Origin: Amoeboaphelidium protococcarum X5 | Taxonomy: Eukaryota; Fungi; Aphelidiomycota | DNA: 31,468 nucleotides | Direction of reading: 5' to 3' | NCBI GenBank assembly: GCA_023515725.1 | Contig: JALDTO010000257.1 | Location: 1-31,468, forward strand | In this document: one piece after another, positions 11,806-25,859 of the stretch | Numbering within the stretch: the first letter of the stretch is position 1 | Layout of the letters: each line of letters opens with the position of its first letter | The notes under the pieces: generated by a model | Told to the model about the DNA's origin: nothing | The model's database searches: none | The model's input: only the letters and a program-made list of their open reading frames with translations | Made by a program: the position numbers and the translations under genes

Positions 11806-12972
11806 ATGGTGGAAGAACTACAATAGATTGAAGATCTTCATCTGGATCCGCATTTGAAGGCGAAAATTGGTTTAAGTAAAGATGATTTCTCATAATCAGG
11901 ATCAAATTAGCTGAAATGTGTAAAGTGTAAAACTGCAGATGGTACTCACAAGATTAAGCATGATTTCTGGTGCTAGGATTGCGTGATATCTAACGCGAGG
12001 ATAAAGTACAAGTCTAATATGCAGCTGCTTAGAGGTATCGACAGTCTGATAAGTATCGCTGTGGTATTTAATGGTGACTTGCAATCTTCGCTGCTAGTCC
12101 ATCTGCTGTGTGAGCATTTTAGTCGATTGCATTTGCAGTCATAGAAACGGTTTATTGAAAAGATGCTACTAACACACGTGTATAATGGTGATAGGAATTC
12201 AAGCGCGAAAGATGCATCTATAGTGCAAGAATATTTTTAGTCTGTTAAATCAAAATACTCGAATATCAACATAGAAAGTCGTGTCATTTCAATGGAATCG
12301 CAGTTGTAGCATCATGGCAATATGAGCACCGAGATTAAGAATTTGGCGTCTTCTCCCACTGGAATTTAGGATTTGGAAGATAATTTAAAGTACAAGATCC
12401 ATCTCAGGGAGTGCAGCGTTAATAATATACAATTACTATGTTATCCTGACACAGCTGATTGCTTGGCATAGAAAGTCATCTCGTTAGTCGCGAAAGGCTG
12501 TGCAGATTAGATTCCATTCAAGACGCGTCATAACATCACCGTTCCTCTTCCTAAAGATTGTTATGATTATGATGCTTAGGACACGAACGCGGATATTAAA
12601 TAGCTTTGCATTCTTCGTCCTATCTGTGATATGGTGTAGAATGAAGTTGAGATTTGCTGCAGAGTATAGAATCTACCTGCTATTATAAAGCCAAGTCCTA
12701 TTCCGCAGTCATTTGAACTGATGAGTATCGATCAATTGGTGGACCAGTTCATTAGTGGCCTCAGTTCTGAATTTATTTCCACAGTTCCAACTATTATTAG
12801 ATCGTCTAAAAAACTTCATTCAAAAAGTGATGGGCGAATATGCAAATTCTGTTTACTTCCTGTATTGTATACTGTAGAAGATTAAGCGTCATCTGATCAA
12901 GTTTGTGATGGGTGCAGGGTGGCTTTGAATGACTGCCACATTGATATGTCCATCTTTAATAACCTTACATGA
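11806..12972 (+). CDS. CTU2: Cytoplasmic tRNA 2-thiolation protein 2 (CTU2/NCS2)
   Basis: 388 aa. N-terminal CVKC..CQDC, LAQKVISLVAKG, LRPICD, SIDQLVDQFISGL..FISTVPTIIRSSKKL, C-terminal CKFC..CDGC. Confidence 0.8.
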
Positions 12973-13012
12973 CAATAAAACTATATTTAATCGTTTTATT
13001 ATTCATACATTT

Positions 13013-14461
13013 TCACTGATACGTTACTTTCAATGAGAGATTGTAAGCATTATTGATACAATCAGGAATTCCAATTCCATCAAAGGATGCACCAGTGATG
13101 GACATTCTACCATTAAATTTAGAGTCGATTGACTATCTAATCTTTTAAACTTTATCTGAATGCCCAACGTGATACTACGGCATGCATTTATGATTAAGAT
13201 GGCATTCGACAATGTCAGGCTGGATATTAATCTTGAACTTATCTTGCACAAATCTGAGAGCATAATTGATAATGTCAGCTGTCTGCGGACTATCACCAAA
13301 TGTGCCACTGAAATGCTACCCTCCAACCATCACAGTCATGACTGTACTGTCTGCTGGCTGTCTATGAGGAAACGGGAACGTGTCAATAATAACACCAGTG
13401 ACAGGAAGTTCAGCATTGTATGGGAAGAGAACGCCAATAGAAGGTTTAAGAAGAATCTCCACTCTCTGCCGCCAAACTATATTCACAGGTGCAAACGTGC
13501 AATACTCGATAGATTACATCTGATCGCGTAATACTTGGTCCTATAATGACCCGAGTATACCAGCCAGAGCATAAGCAGGTAATGTGGAAATAACATGGTC
13601 AAACTTCTAATTATATCCACATAGCGAAGAGACGGCTATATGTTACTTGTCAGATTGTATAGAACTTACATTGCAATTAGTCATTACTTCAACATTATTT
13701 AGTGATTTCAGCCTTTCCATTATTTTGGAAGGAAGAACACCCATACCATCATTGAATGTGAAGAAAGTTCCATCCTTTAATACTTTAAGTATTGAGGCAA
13801 TCTTTGATTATTATTATTACAACTATGGAGTAGATGAAGATTTAACGAATTACTACAGAACCGATCCCACAGCTACAGAGCCGTATGCTTTCTCCAAGTC
13901 AACCATTTTCTTAAACTGTGACATCATACTCCATCTAGATATATCTCCACCATACACACCATGTATGAAAGCACTCATTATATTGTCAGCGATCTGACTA
14001 TTAAATCTACGCGCAAAAAAGTCTCTTATCGACTCGTCATCATCTTGTTAATGGGGCCGTCTACGCTTACTGACATCGCGAATAACACCAGGGACTATAG
14101 ATCGCGTCAATGGATTAAATAAAATAGATATTGGGTTAGTAGGGACTCGCTATATAGATCCATCATGATAAAGGTATTTGTTTCTATTAACTTCAGAGCC
14201 TTTGGGAATGTAAATAAGTTCCTTGTCAGCATCGCAAAAATTTAACAATCGAGCCACAGAAGTGACGTTTGCCTCTTTCGGACTCATTGAGCGAGAACCC
14301 AACTCGAATAGATATCCATCCTTGCGTACACTCTTCAGCCATCCACCAGTCGTACTCGACTTTTCAATGAGAGTAACTTTGATGTTTGGATTCTTAATAG
14401 CGAGAAATAATGCACTGGACAGACCAGAGATACCACCACCAAGAATTGCGACGCGTTTCAT
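13013..14461 (-). CDS. HEM14: Protoporphyrinogen IX oxidase
   Basis: 482 aa. MKRVAILGGGISGLS (FAD-binding), GGWLKS..FELGSRS, HGVYGGDI, C-terminal FDGIGIPDCI. Confidence 0.93.
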
Positions 14462-14807
14462 TGTTATAATCAACTGGAGAGACGGAAGAAATACCACCGA
14501 AAACAATGTATTTGGTCAGCTTCGGTAATGCTCAAAACCAGTTCTCATTAATTAATAAATACTTCCAGCTAATAACATCCAAAATGCGGATTACATCTGT
14601 ATAGAGAGTTCAAGACTTCATTTGTATTTTATCATAGAATAAAACTGTTCATACCATCCATAAAGGCCATGTGTGTCTAGAAAAACGTGTTTAACTGGCG
14701 CATGATCAATCGTGGCGCCCGATAGTCCGCCTAATAGTGTTTTTTCGCCATCGCGCTGAAACGGCTCGAATGATAGATCTATTGATCGGATAAATATATT
14801 CAACACA

Positions 14808-16210
14808 ATGAAGATCCCCTTCGATAAGCTGATAGCTGGCACTATCGCACTTTAAGGTATTATTTTGCCTCTATAAAGTCTTGACTGACTATGTGAGTAA
14901 TTACATGTGTAGAAACTGTTTAGTATGGAGTATAGGCTTTTCCATAGTTTTTTAGAGGCTCAGGATAATAATAACAATAATAAGTGGAGAATATAATGGG
15001 CGCGCAATCGCAGAATTATAATCGATTGATTCCAGTGCCGCTTCGGCCTCTCAAGCCGCTCGGTGTGCCGCCATCTGAATCCGGTATGGCCAAGATGTAG
15101 ACTACTTCATCTAGTAGTACACGCATTGAATCTTACCGGGCTGATTATGAGGATCTCCGCGCTGTCAGTGCCTAATCGCCGCCATGGAAAATTCCTAATC
15201 TGTAACTGCCAGATTTGAAAGCGATGGCTAATAGTGTGGGAATCTCACTTCCACCAACAGATTTGAATTCAATATCGAACAGCCGGCTGAGCGATCCATA
15301 GTTTATGCATTAGATGATGGCGTATTTAAGAATGACTTATGAAGCAGAGCGACTTGGTAAGGATTTTGAGTTCAATTATGATAGATATAGAGGAGAATAA
15401 GAATATCCAGAGTACGAGATTGTGCATTCAATTAGAATAGATCGATATGACGTGGATGCTTTAGTCTCAATGGCACTTTTAGATGACTAAGATTCTGATG
15501 GATAATAACGCGTCTGTGACGTGGCCATCACTATACCAGGTACCAAGATGAAGAGTAACATTAACTGGTTCACTAATCGGAACTTTGCACTCACTGATGG
15601 TTCATTTCTGTTCGACTCTCCCTCAGCTGAAGGTATTGCAATACACGCTGGTTATGCCTAGACTATGAAGCTTCTCATACCTGAAATTGTAATAGGATTA
15701 AAGAAGGCACTGGACATGGCCGATTAGAAAGGGTATGCTGTGAGATCGTTGACTTTCTTTGGTCACTCTTCTGGAGGTGTTTATGCTGAAATGCTGTCCG
15801 CTTACGTGCTCTCACATTACTTAACATTATTTTATAAAGATTCTAATGCTTTTGGATTTACAGATTACTTACCTTATAACGCGGATTCCAAGATATCCAT
15901 ACCACGGGTTAAATGCATTAAACTGGGCTCGCCTTTCACTGGCAATGCTGCTTATGCCAATTAGTTGTAATAATTAAGTGCGGCGCATAACTATGATTAC
16001 AGGATAGTTGAGTTTATGCTGAATCGCGACATTATTTTAAACAGCAAATATGTGCTGCGGTAGTATGTATAGAGCCCGTCAGAGTAGATTGTTATAGAAA
16101 GCAAGTTGGATCCCATCAAATAGCACATGTTTTAGACTTATGCTTAGAAAGTACCGCGATTTTTGTAGGAGCTTTCTAAAATATTACAAAAAGCCAGAGT
16201 CTCTGAATGA
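14808..16210 (+). CDS. Class 3 (fungal-type) lipase, possibly secreted; intron 14857-14912
   Basis: 56-nt GT..AG intron joins a short N-terminal leader in frame. ITIPGT..NWFTN, IHAGY, nucleophile elbow FGHSSGG, LGSPFTGN, NRDII, C-terminal QHMFQTY (putative catalytic His). Confidence 0.82.
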
Positions 16211-16314
16211 TGTCTTCCAAGAAATGTAATGGAACCATTTATTGATAGTTCTTCTTTTTACTGATCTATCTCATCTTGTTGATTGCAGCGATTAAGCACA
16301 AAGTTACGCGTATT

Positions 16315-16926
16315 ATGATGATGAATTTTCGTCTATCTCAACGATATTTATCTAGTTCTAATGCTCTTTACGCGTTGAGAAATAGAAGGCCAATGCGCAC
16401 CACTCCTCCTACGTGGTACTAGAAGAACGCGGTCATGTATGGACGGTACAATCGCCTAACGAATGATATCGACAGAATTGACAAGGCTGCTGTAAGCGAA
16501 AATCAGGATTCCGGTGATATAGATTAGAGCACCGCTGGATGGTATTACACATCCCTCGCCCCTTCCCCCAAGTAATGCAATGTGATTGATAAGAAGCTGT
16601 GGAGTGTGATACTGCAGAGATGGGTGCGATTCAAGATATCATCCGCGGCATTACGCGAGATTGATCGCAAGGGTGGCCTGGATGAGTATTTTCTATTGAC
16701 GGAAGATGAAGATTTGGGTGGAGCGGGCAGTGTATCTGTCTAATTCAAGTAGATGCTCTAGAGTAAATTGAATAAGGTTTCCGGTTAGTAGTAGCAAGAG
16801 TCAGTGGTTCCGTAACTGAAGAGTGAATACAACAAATATGCACAAGGGTGGAAGAAGATGCTTGACAATAAGTACAAGTACTCGCTACCAGAAGAATCTT
16901 TAGATTTAACCGTGGTAAATAAATGA
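16315..16926 (+). CDS. Mitochondrial ribosomal protein bL28m-like
   Basis: 203 aa. Arg/Ser-rich presequence-like start. NVIDKKLWSVILQRWVRFKISSAALREIDRKGGLDEYFL matches the L28 core. Confidence 0.78.
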
Positions 16927-16965
16927 TTATTAGACTTACTTAATACAGAGGCACGTTAATTGTAT

Positions 16966-17955
16966 TCATTTTAATGGAGGCAGTCCAAGTGACGCGCGTA
17001 ATTTGTTCATATCTTCTACAGAGAGAGAGATTTAAGATTTAAACGAGGCGGAACTTGGTTGGGCTTCCACTGCCGTCGGCGTGATTTCTTAAACAGCATG
17101 CTATTAGTTACCTTCTTCCAGTCTGGGTTTCTTTTACTTCAACTTTAATTTGCCTCCTCTATCTAAAATAGATGTATCTTTCGATTCGCTGGAGGATGTT
17201 TTGGTATGAACATTACCAGACCTCTCTTAGTCATCCAGAGACAGACTATCATCTTCATTCAGAGGCGACTTTCGTGGCTATAGTTGCCCAATCTATACCA
17301 GTTGTTAACGCTTTATTATACGAGGTAGAATAACTCCACAGACACGCTCTTGAGTAAGTAGCTACTCTATGAACTCATCCATATGTATGATAGTGAATGA
17401 TCCATCGTGATTTCTCACCCGCAACTTTCTATAATCCGCAAGTAACTACTCAAGACATGTATACACCTCTACCGCTGGGAGCACTAGCCGCAATATAAAT
17501 GCACCAAAAGCGCGAATATATTTAAACTCTTTCTAAGCAATATAAATTAATAGAATCTCCTTCTCAATACCAAGAGTGATCGCTTTTAGAACAAGCGCGA
17601 TGAATGGCGACACTTGCAACAATCCACCATAGAGGCCGGAAATATATTGCACATGATCCATAAGAAGCTCGAGTATTGACGCAGCGTCTATTTCTTCTAT
17701 CGACGATAGGTACTGCTTCCAGAAAATAGACTCAAATATCCGCTCCCTGGTAATCTTCTCAATCAGAGTCACTGGATAAGAGCGTACCATCTCGCTCTAG
17801 ATTGCTACCGGCAATTAATCATCAAAATCCTCTTGATCATTCCCATCATCTCCCAATAATGCTTCTACATAATGCTAATACTCCTCCTCATCATCTTACT
17901 ACTAGTCTCTATCAATGGCCGCTCTAATAAGATTTAGTTCATCGTTTGACGCCAT
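16966..17955 (-). CDS. PRP38: Pre-mRNA splicing factor Prp38 with C-terminal HIND
   Basis: 329 aa. LIEKITRERIFESIFWK, FKYIRAFGAFILRL, DYRKLR, IHMDEFIEQLLTQERVCGVILPR. Ends SLSVEDMNKLRASLGLPPLK-TGA. Confidence 0.93.
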
Positions 17956-18035
17956 TTATCAGCACAGCAAACACTTTTAAAACCCAAGATAAAAAATTAA
18001 AATCAATGAATTTATATGTAATAGACACACATTTA

Positions 18036-18269
18036 TCATACATCGTATGCATTATTCAAGTAGTCATACAGCTTCTTTTCCAAATTACGCGTCCATGAGC
18101 TGAATTCAGATGTATTTTACCCACCTACCGCAGATGGACTAGAAGCAGATTGTTATTATTATTACTGAGACGGCGAGAGTTATTGTTTCGACGCGAATGT
18201 TGATTACTACGCTGATGAATGTCTGGTCACTAATGACGTGCTTACTCTGAGCTTTTATCCTTTATCCAT
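18036..18269 (-). CDS. Small hypothetical protein (77 aa)
   Basis: MDKGQKLRVSTSLVTRHSSAQQSTFASKQQLSPSQQQQQQSASSPSAVGGQNTSEFSSWTRNLEKKLYDYLNNAYDV-TGA. The in-frame CAG-TAA-TAA-TAA-TAA-CAA polyQ is typical of coding sequence in this window. Confidence 0.6.
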
Positions 18270-18644
18270 ATTATTAATGTTGAAATATCGATTATTAGAT
18301 CTGCACTTATATAATTGAAAGATTATGAGAAGAGAGGTGAATGGCGGGCTATAAGGAGCAGAGGTCACAAGACAATCTGGTCATTAGAAACGCTCCGATT
18401 GGTCAATCGTCAAGTTGCCCAGATTTAGGACGGTAGCACAAGTGTAAACGAGTTGGCTAAATTTCACAATATCTTTTTTTAATTTTATTTACTAAAAAAT
18501 GATTTTTTTTGACTCTAAAGTAAAACGAATAAACACTCACTTAGTAATTGTAACTAAGCATACTATTCCGTGTTGATGACTACGTAGGAAATAAACCGAA
18601 AAATATAGAGAATTAAAATAATTCCATTATATTGATGGTTCAAA

Positions 18645-19902
<1,258 letters not shown>

Positions 19903-20050
19903 AATCAGTCGCGTGCAAGTACTGAGCAGTTCTGTTGAGTTGAAAAGGAGAATAGAGAGCTCAACTATGAGAGCATCTATAATGAAAACGACACAATCTA
20001 AATAATACGTACAAACTAAAAACGTCTATAATATGATATCTCATACATTC

Positions 20051-22090
20051 TCATAGTTTAATTGAAAGTAAACGCCGGATAACATCCTCCATTGTCAATC
20101 TAAAGTTCATGTCTGAGGACCAGCAGGATTCGCAGATATTACACAACAGGCCCCAATTGCGATCAGACATTCTCAAATTCAAGATCGAGTCTGGAAATAG
20201 AGGCCGCTAACCACGCTACACAACGTGGCGTATATCATCTCTTGTCAGACCATCATAAGCTTTACCGCGACATATAATCTCATAGCAAGATATTCCATAA
20301 GCGTACGAATCGCGAGAGTGTAAAGGTGCCTGTACTGGTACCATATCTGCGTTAGGATTAGTCTTCAAGATTTTTTTATACTCAAAAAAGGCTTTAACAT
20401 ACTCGGGTGCAGCATACGCCATTGACAAGCCGGCAAGTTGAGACTTCTTCATTGCCTTTACACCCATTCTATCATCAGATGTGATGGTGGAGATACTGAA
20501 ATCAGCCAAAAGGCAGATCAGCGAGTTATTAGGCATCAGATCGAGCAGAATATTCTCAGGCTTCAAATCATTATGTGAAATCTTCATTGAATGCAAATGG
20601 CTAACCGCAGAGGCAATATCCAACAGAACTGCCCGCATAAAATACATATTCCAATCTTGATCTGACAACTTGATTTCAGCACCAGTTTTATTGATAAGAT
20701 CTTTCAAACTACCAAATTTATAATATGGCATAAGGATGCATTTTGGAGAGTGGGAGAAGCCTAGGAGTTTGACAAAATTCTGATGATTAGCCAGATCACT
20801 CATGATGGCAAGTTCTTGATTAAAGATATCATCTTACTGCATCAGATCACTTTCCTAAATCACCTTAGCCACAACTCCCCATCTGCACTGAGATTACAGC
20901 GCTGCATTTTGCGGAGATAATTCAGCCATATAAATAGTAGAAGTTCCACCTTTAGCGACGACCTTCCCAAGTTGATAATCTAATCCTTTAGTCATCAAGC
21001 GATCTGCTGGGATAGCAAACGGCATCGCAGTGTTTATCACAGTCATTTCGTCATCTCTAAACGTTGTTTGATAGCCAGATAGAATATTTGACATTATGGT
21101 AAACTATGACATATCACTAGTAAAATCGCTAGTATTAAAGATTGGATTTACAGAGTGTGTGCTTGTTTGATCACCACCAACAATGGACGAATCGGGTAGA
21201 TTCCCAAACATGAAACGGCTAGTCATTCCTTTAGCTTTGCGGATCTCTAACGAAGTTTTCGGGGCATCGCTCAGATCCACTGCGATCGGTTTCTGAGCCA
21301 TTGCAGTCACCGCTTAGCCATTGGGACTTTTATAAAATTGCGTTGAAGCCTAACTTTGACTTTTCTCTGACGGAATATCGCTACTTCCACCTCCTCCATC
21401 GATAGAGTGAGTTGATGTGTACACCTGTTGAAGAGAGCTATTCTTTGCATTCTTGGGCTTTAGCGTTCCATTATTAGAACCTATTCGCGGCGGAGGCACA
21501 GGCATGTCCGGTCCTCCAACTATACTATTAGCAGATATTACTTCGTGACCAGCGGAATGCTAGCTCGATTTCTTCGATTGTGCCAAATTGCCATCAGATT
21601 GCTTAATTTTCTATGATTTTGCAATCTACTGCAATTATTACTACTACTATTATTACTGCTCAGTAAACTGAGGACCAACTAGCAATTTCTGGTAGCTATT
21701 TCCCAATGCTTTACTGATCGATAGCGCGTCCGGCATTTACTGTTTCAGCTGAGGAAATGGATGTTTCAACGGTTGTTAGGCACCGGATTACTACTGATTA
21801 AGCCCTCCACTCCCATTTGATTATTAATCGTCTGAATGATTGAGGGATGCATGAGACTTTAATATTTTCCCGACATTAGTTTAACCACCCTATTTCGATA
21901 AATCTTTCATTCCCGATTAAGAGCCATTGTTCACTGAGGACTGTGTTCGAGCTTATGTCGCTCTTCCAATTCGCTTAAATTTATACAGACATGCAAGCAC
22001 GACGACAACGACAATCACTACGACAGCCACCGAAGTAATTATAATATTAGTGGTGCTGCTCTCATTTTAAGCTGACGGAGAAGAACTCAT
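20051..22090 (-). CDS. Single-pass transmembrane (receptor-like) protein kinase, non-RD
   Basis: 679 aa. About 15-aa N-terminus, TM IIITSVAVVVIVVVVVLACLY followed by KFKR, about 320-aa low-complexity Q/S linker, kinase domain with AKGGTSTIY, VAK, QELAIM, HNDLKPEN, DFS, YAAPE, DSYAYG. Confidence 0.9.
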
Positions 22091-22425
22091 ATTCTCTAAA
22101 ATATCAGCTCAATTAAACTAAACTAATTGCCAGTGTACACTATCAGCTGAGTCGGTACTTGTTTCAGATTTAAAATCAAAATAAATGTCCTCAAGAAACA
22201 AAAGATTACCTTGACGACAGTCAATCCATTAATTGCTTGAGATTATAAATGCCTGAACAATCGATTAGAGTAGAAATCGTTAAAGAAATCTGTTATGTTC
22301 GGTGAATCTACACGGACAGAAAAAGAAAGGCGTATTCACAGTCAACTAGAATTATGAGCCAAAATTAGGCAAAGTACACCAAAGTACGGACACGACAAGA
22401 ACTACAAAATATAATGCAATTATCA

Positions 22426-24621
22426 TCATTAATCATCTTTATTGTCGGGCAGCATAATAAAAGTCTAGGATGACGGATAAATTGAAGAAGTCTCGTAATC
22501 AGCAGGAAGTATCTAGATGGGAACGAGGCAATTAAACCGGTCCACGTCAACAATTTTAGGAGGCAGTTGAATCAGATCCACGATAGTTTTATGACTTATC
22601 TCACACTGACTATCATCTTTATGCTCAGCAACAAATGCATCATGAGAATACAAACCATTTTCAAATTCACACGCGCTAGATAAAGCCTGAAATTCAAATC
22701 GAATCCGCCACGCCAGATCGAGATTAGCCATGGAGAAATCTCCCGTGACACTTGACTGAATGTTCAACCTGCAGCTGAGAGATGAAACTTGATAGCAATC
22801 TTTAAACACACTAGAATGAGTCTCGACCAAGTCCTGAGTTTTGGATAGTTTCCGCACACTTACAACAGATTCCAGATGAATTCCAACAGCAAAGCACGTG
22901 ATATGGCAGTCAGAGAAATCCAGATTAATTAATATGGACCCACCAATAATTTGAGTCTTCCTATTGAGAGTCATCTGGCAAACATGTACCCCTTCTCTCT
23001 AAATATCAAACTGAAATGCTTGCGTCTATTGCTATAAAAGTGCAGCAACTTACAGCAGAGACTTTCCGGCTTTGTGCCGCGATTCGCTTGATCTTCTCCG
23101 AGCAGTAGAAGTCTAATTACTACCTGAATCTTATGGTAACACATTCGAACTCTAAGAGTGGCGAGTATAACTACCATCACTTTCTCGTCTCTGCTAAAAA
23201 TATTATTCAATATCGACATCCTGGTTAACGAATTAAATTCGGTCTTTTGACATGATCAGTGGAGATGTCCATTGCATTTTATCTGCGGAATTCAGGCAGC
23301 TATTCTGAACGCGCACAGGCATATTAATCAGGTATGGTTGTTCATCAAACTATCGCTAGATTCCGAAAATCATCATGTACTTTATTCTCATCTTTGAACA
23401 TATGAATGAGGGAGGCAGGTGTTGAGGTAGCTTAAACTAGCATTTATACTGTTTACTATCAATTCTAGATTCAGAGCATCGAAGTCTGATATTACTAAAT
23501 ACAACCACAGGCGGGCATAACACAACAGGTATGGCGTTTTCTTTAATCAATGAATTGTACACCTCAGCAACAAAAGATCCAGCACCAGCAGAGGCAGTTT
23601 TTAACATCTTCCTCCTCTTTTCTATTTAATCATTCGACAATAAATTGTCTTTTTGGGTTATATATCCCACAAACTGAATGAATCCACAATTGAGATCAAG
23701 TTGCTCAACCACCTCTGCAGATGGTATGAACTCAGTTTCGGGAGATTATAGCATTTTAAATTCACCTCCGTTAGCCTGATTAAACATATATGGACTAACA
23801 ATATCACTGATAGAAGGTTTTGAGTTAATAGTAGATACGGAAGTGACACTAGGCTTACTTGAAGTGGCAGATTTAATGCCAACACTCTAGGGTGGCTACT
23901 AGAGAGATTGCTGATCTGACTTGCTTAACGATGGCTACGTCTCAATTTTAAGAACTTCTTACTAAGCTTCAAAATTGGTACCATCCACTTCACTTTGTGC
24001 GGAAACTTCCTAAATTTACACCACGCTCTACTTGTCTTCATTTTATGGCTGAATATTGGTTTGACTAAAAGGCCAGTACCAGTATGATTATTGATACTGA
24101 CTACCTGCGCTAATGGCAGACTTGGATTCAAGCCTCTACTTGATCTAACTTGCTTTCACAACAAAACCGGCAGGTTCCTACTCTTATTAGTAGACATCAG
24201 ACTATTATTCACTATTATGACTACTTGAAGATGTCGCGTTAGATACTAAAGCACTCTCAGAATATTCTTATTAAGCTTATTACTACTGCCAGGTCGATAA
24301 ATTCACAACTTGTGGTATACGAACACTCTACGGTAATTAAAGTGAGCCAACACTAGTTCTCTACTTCTAGATCTAAGTATTATCCAACGATACTGCCGAA
24401 GAATTATCATCATTGTTTTGATCACCTTGATGGAGATTATTATTAGAATACAATGACGAGTTAGATTGAGTGGTAGACTGAGACAGAGACACTGACTATT
24501 ATAAAAGTGCCGCAGTGGAATCAGCTGTACAGCTCAACTGCAACGAAAGACTAGCATCCAACTATTCACCAGCATATGCCACAGCATAATTATCCAATTA
24601 AAAATTCACAACCAAAGGCAT
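22426..24621 (-). CDS. RGP1: Rgp1-family protein (subunit of the Ric1-Rgp1 Rab6/Ypt6 GEF)
   Basis: 731-aa ORF with no in-frame TGA. YAGEQL at the N-terminus, GFIQFVG, IPVVLCPP, LPQHLPPSF..IKY..IFGIQR, GDFSMANLDLAWRIRFEF, FNCLVPIQILP. Confidence 0.78.
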
Positions 24622-24863
24622 TCTTAAACTAATCAATCGTCCTGTAGTATATAACCACACTACCTAGTGTTATACAGTTGATACAATCAATCTGAACGAG
24701 AAAGAAGAGAGGGAACGATTGAAACAGGAGGAGCGATGATGACTGACGAAGAAAAGCCTTCAGCAAGGCGATCTCTAACTGATGAATTACACCTAGAGAT
24801 CAACAATCAGGCTTTTCACTATCCACCACTCTAGCATATCACCTATATATAAAATTCATCAAA

Positions 24864-25577
24864 ATGACTGGCGATTTGTAGATCAAGTATTGTATATTTG
24901 ATATGGATGGGCTCTTGTTGAATACGGAGCATATTTACTCACTGGTCACCACTGAAATTTTATCAAGATATGGGAGGTAGTATTCGTGGACTCTGAAAAG
25001 TAAACTGATGGGATTGCGATAGTAGGAAGCTGCGGAATTGATGATCAGGGAGCTGGAGCTGGAGGGAGTACTGACGCCAGAGGATTATCTGATGGAGAGA
25101 AATGCCAAGCATGCTGAACTGTTTCCCACCGCCAAACCTCTGGCTGGTGTCGAGAAACTGATTCGCCATCTGAAAGCCAACGGAATTCCGATCGCCGTCG
25201 CCACGTCTAGTCATTTGGACGCATTCAAGCTGAAGACAAGCTCTGCAGAAAATCAGCATCTCTTCTCTCTCTTTGACACTATAGTGACTGGATGTGATCC
25301 TGAGGTGCTGCAGGGAAAGCCTCAACCTGATATATTTCTGGTTGCTGCTCGTCGATTAGGTGTCACATCTGATGATGATTACAAGCATTGTCTCGTCTTT
25401 GAAGACGCGCCTAATGGAGTACTTGCTGGATTGAGAGCCAAGATGAATGTTGTGTGGGTTCCCGATGGACAACTTGATCACAGCGAGTACAAGTAATGTG
25501 TAGATGGAGTATGTGCTATTTTGAAATCTCTGGAAGATTTGGACCTTTAACGGTTTGGTTTGCCTCAATATGGTTGA
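24864..25577 (+). CDS. HAD hydrolase, pseudouridine-5'-phosphatase (PUDP/HDHD1/GS1-like)
   Basis: 237 aa. IFDMDGLLLNTE, IAVATSS, GKPQPDIFL, CLVFEDAPNGV, C-terminal SLEDLDLQRFGLP. Confidence 0.9.
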
Positions 25578-25859
25578 TTCTTGATTGATTTTGTCAGGTA
25601 TTACCGCGATTGATTTTGCTCCCGTAATCTTAGGTATATATTACTCTTAGCCTTATATGTTACCATGCAGTTATTCTAGATTTTCTCTTTATGGTTATAA
25701 TATTCTGAACTTTATGTTTGAGTTTGATTCAAGTTACCGATTCAGCAACGTCCAAGATATTTATAGATCACACCTTTTTTGAACCACCCTTCTTAGTCTC
25801 TTTCATTCATCATCATAGATTGCAATATTTATTTACAGCTTTGAATATATAATATTTCT

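Noticed and set aside
13160-13997. Plus-strand ORFs of 123 and 116 aa
   Set aside because: Antisense to PPOX, with no independent motifs.
420-16210. Lipid-themed cluster (LCB1, DHHC, sphingomyelinase-like EEP, lipase)
   Set aside because: The genes are interspersed with unrelated housekeeping genes and the EEP substrate is unknown, so chance is a sufficient explanation.
24735-24782. Box C (ATGATGA) and box D (CTGA) pair suggesting a C/D snoRNA
   Set aside because: Short spacing, no terminal stem, no rRNA-complementary guide recognised, and ATGATGA is common in this window.
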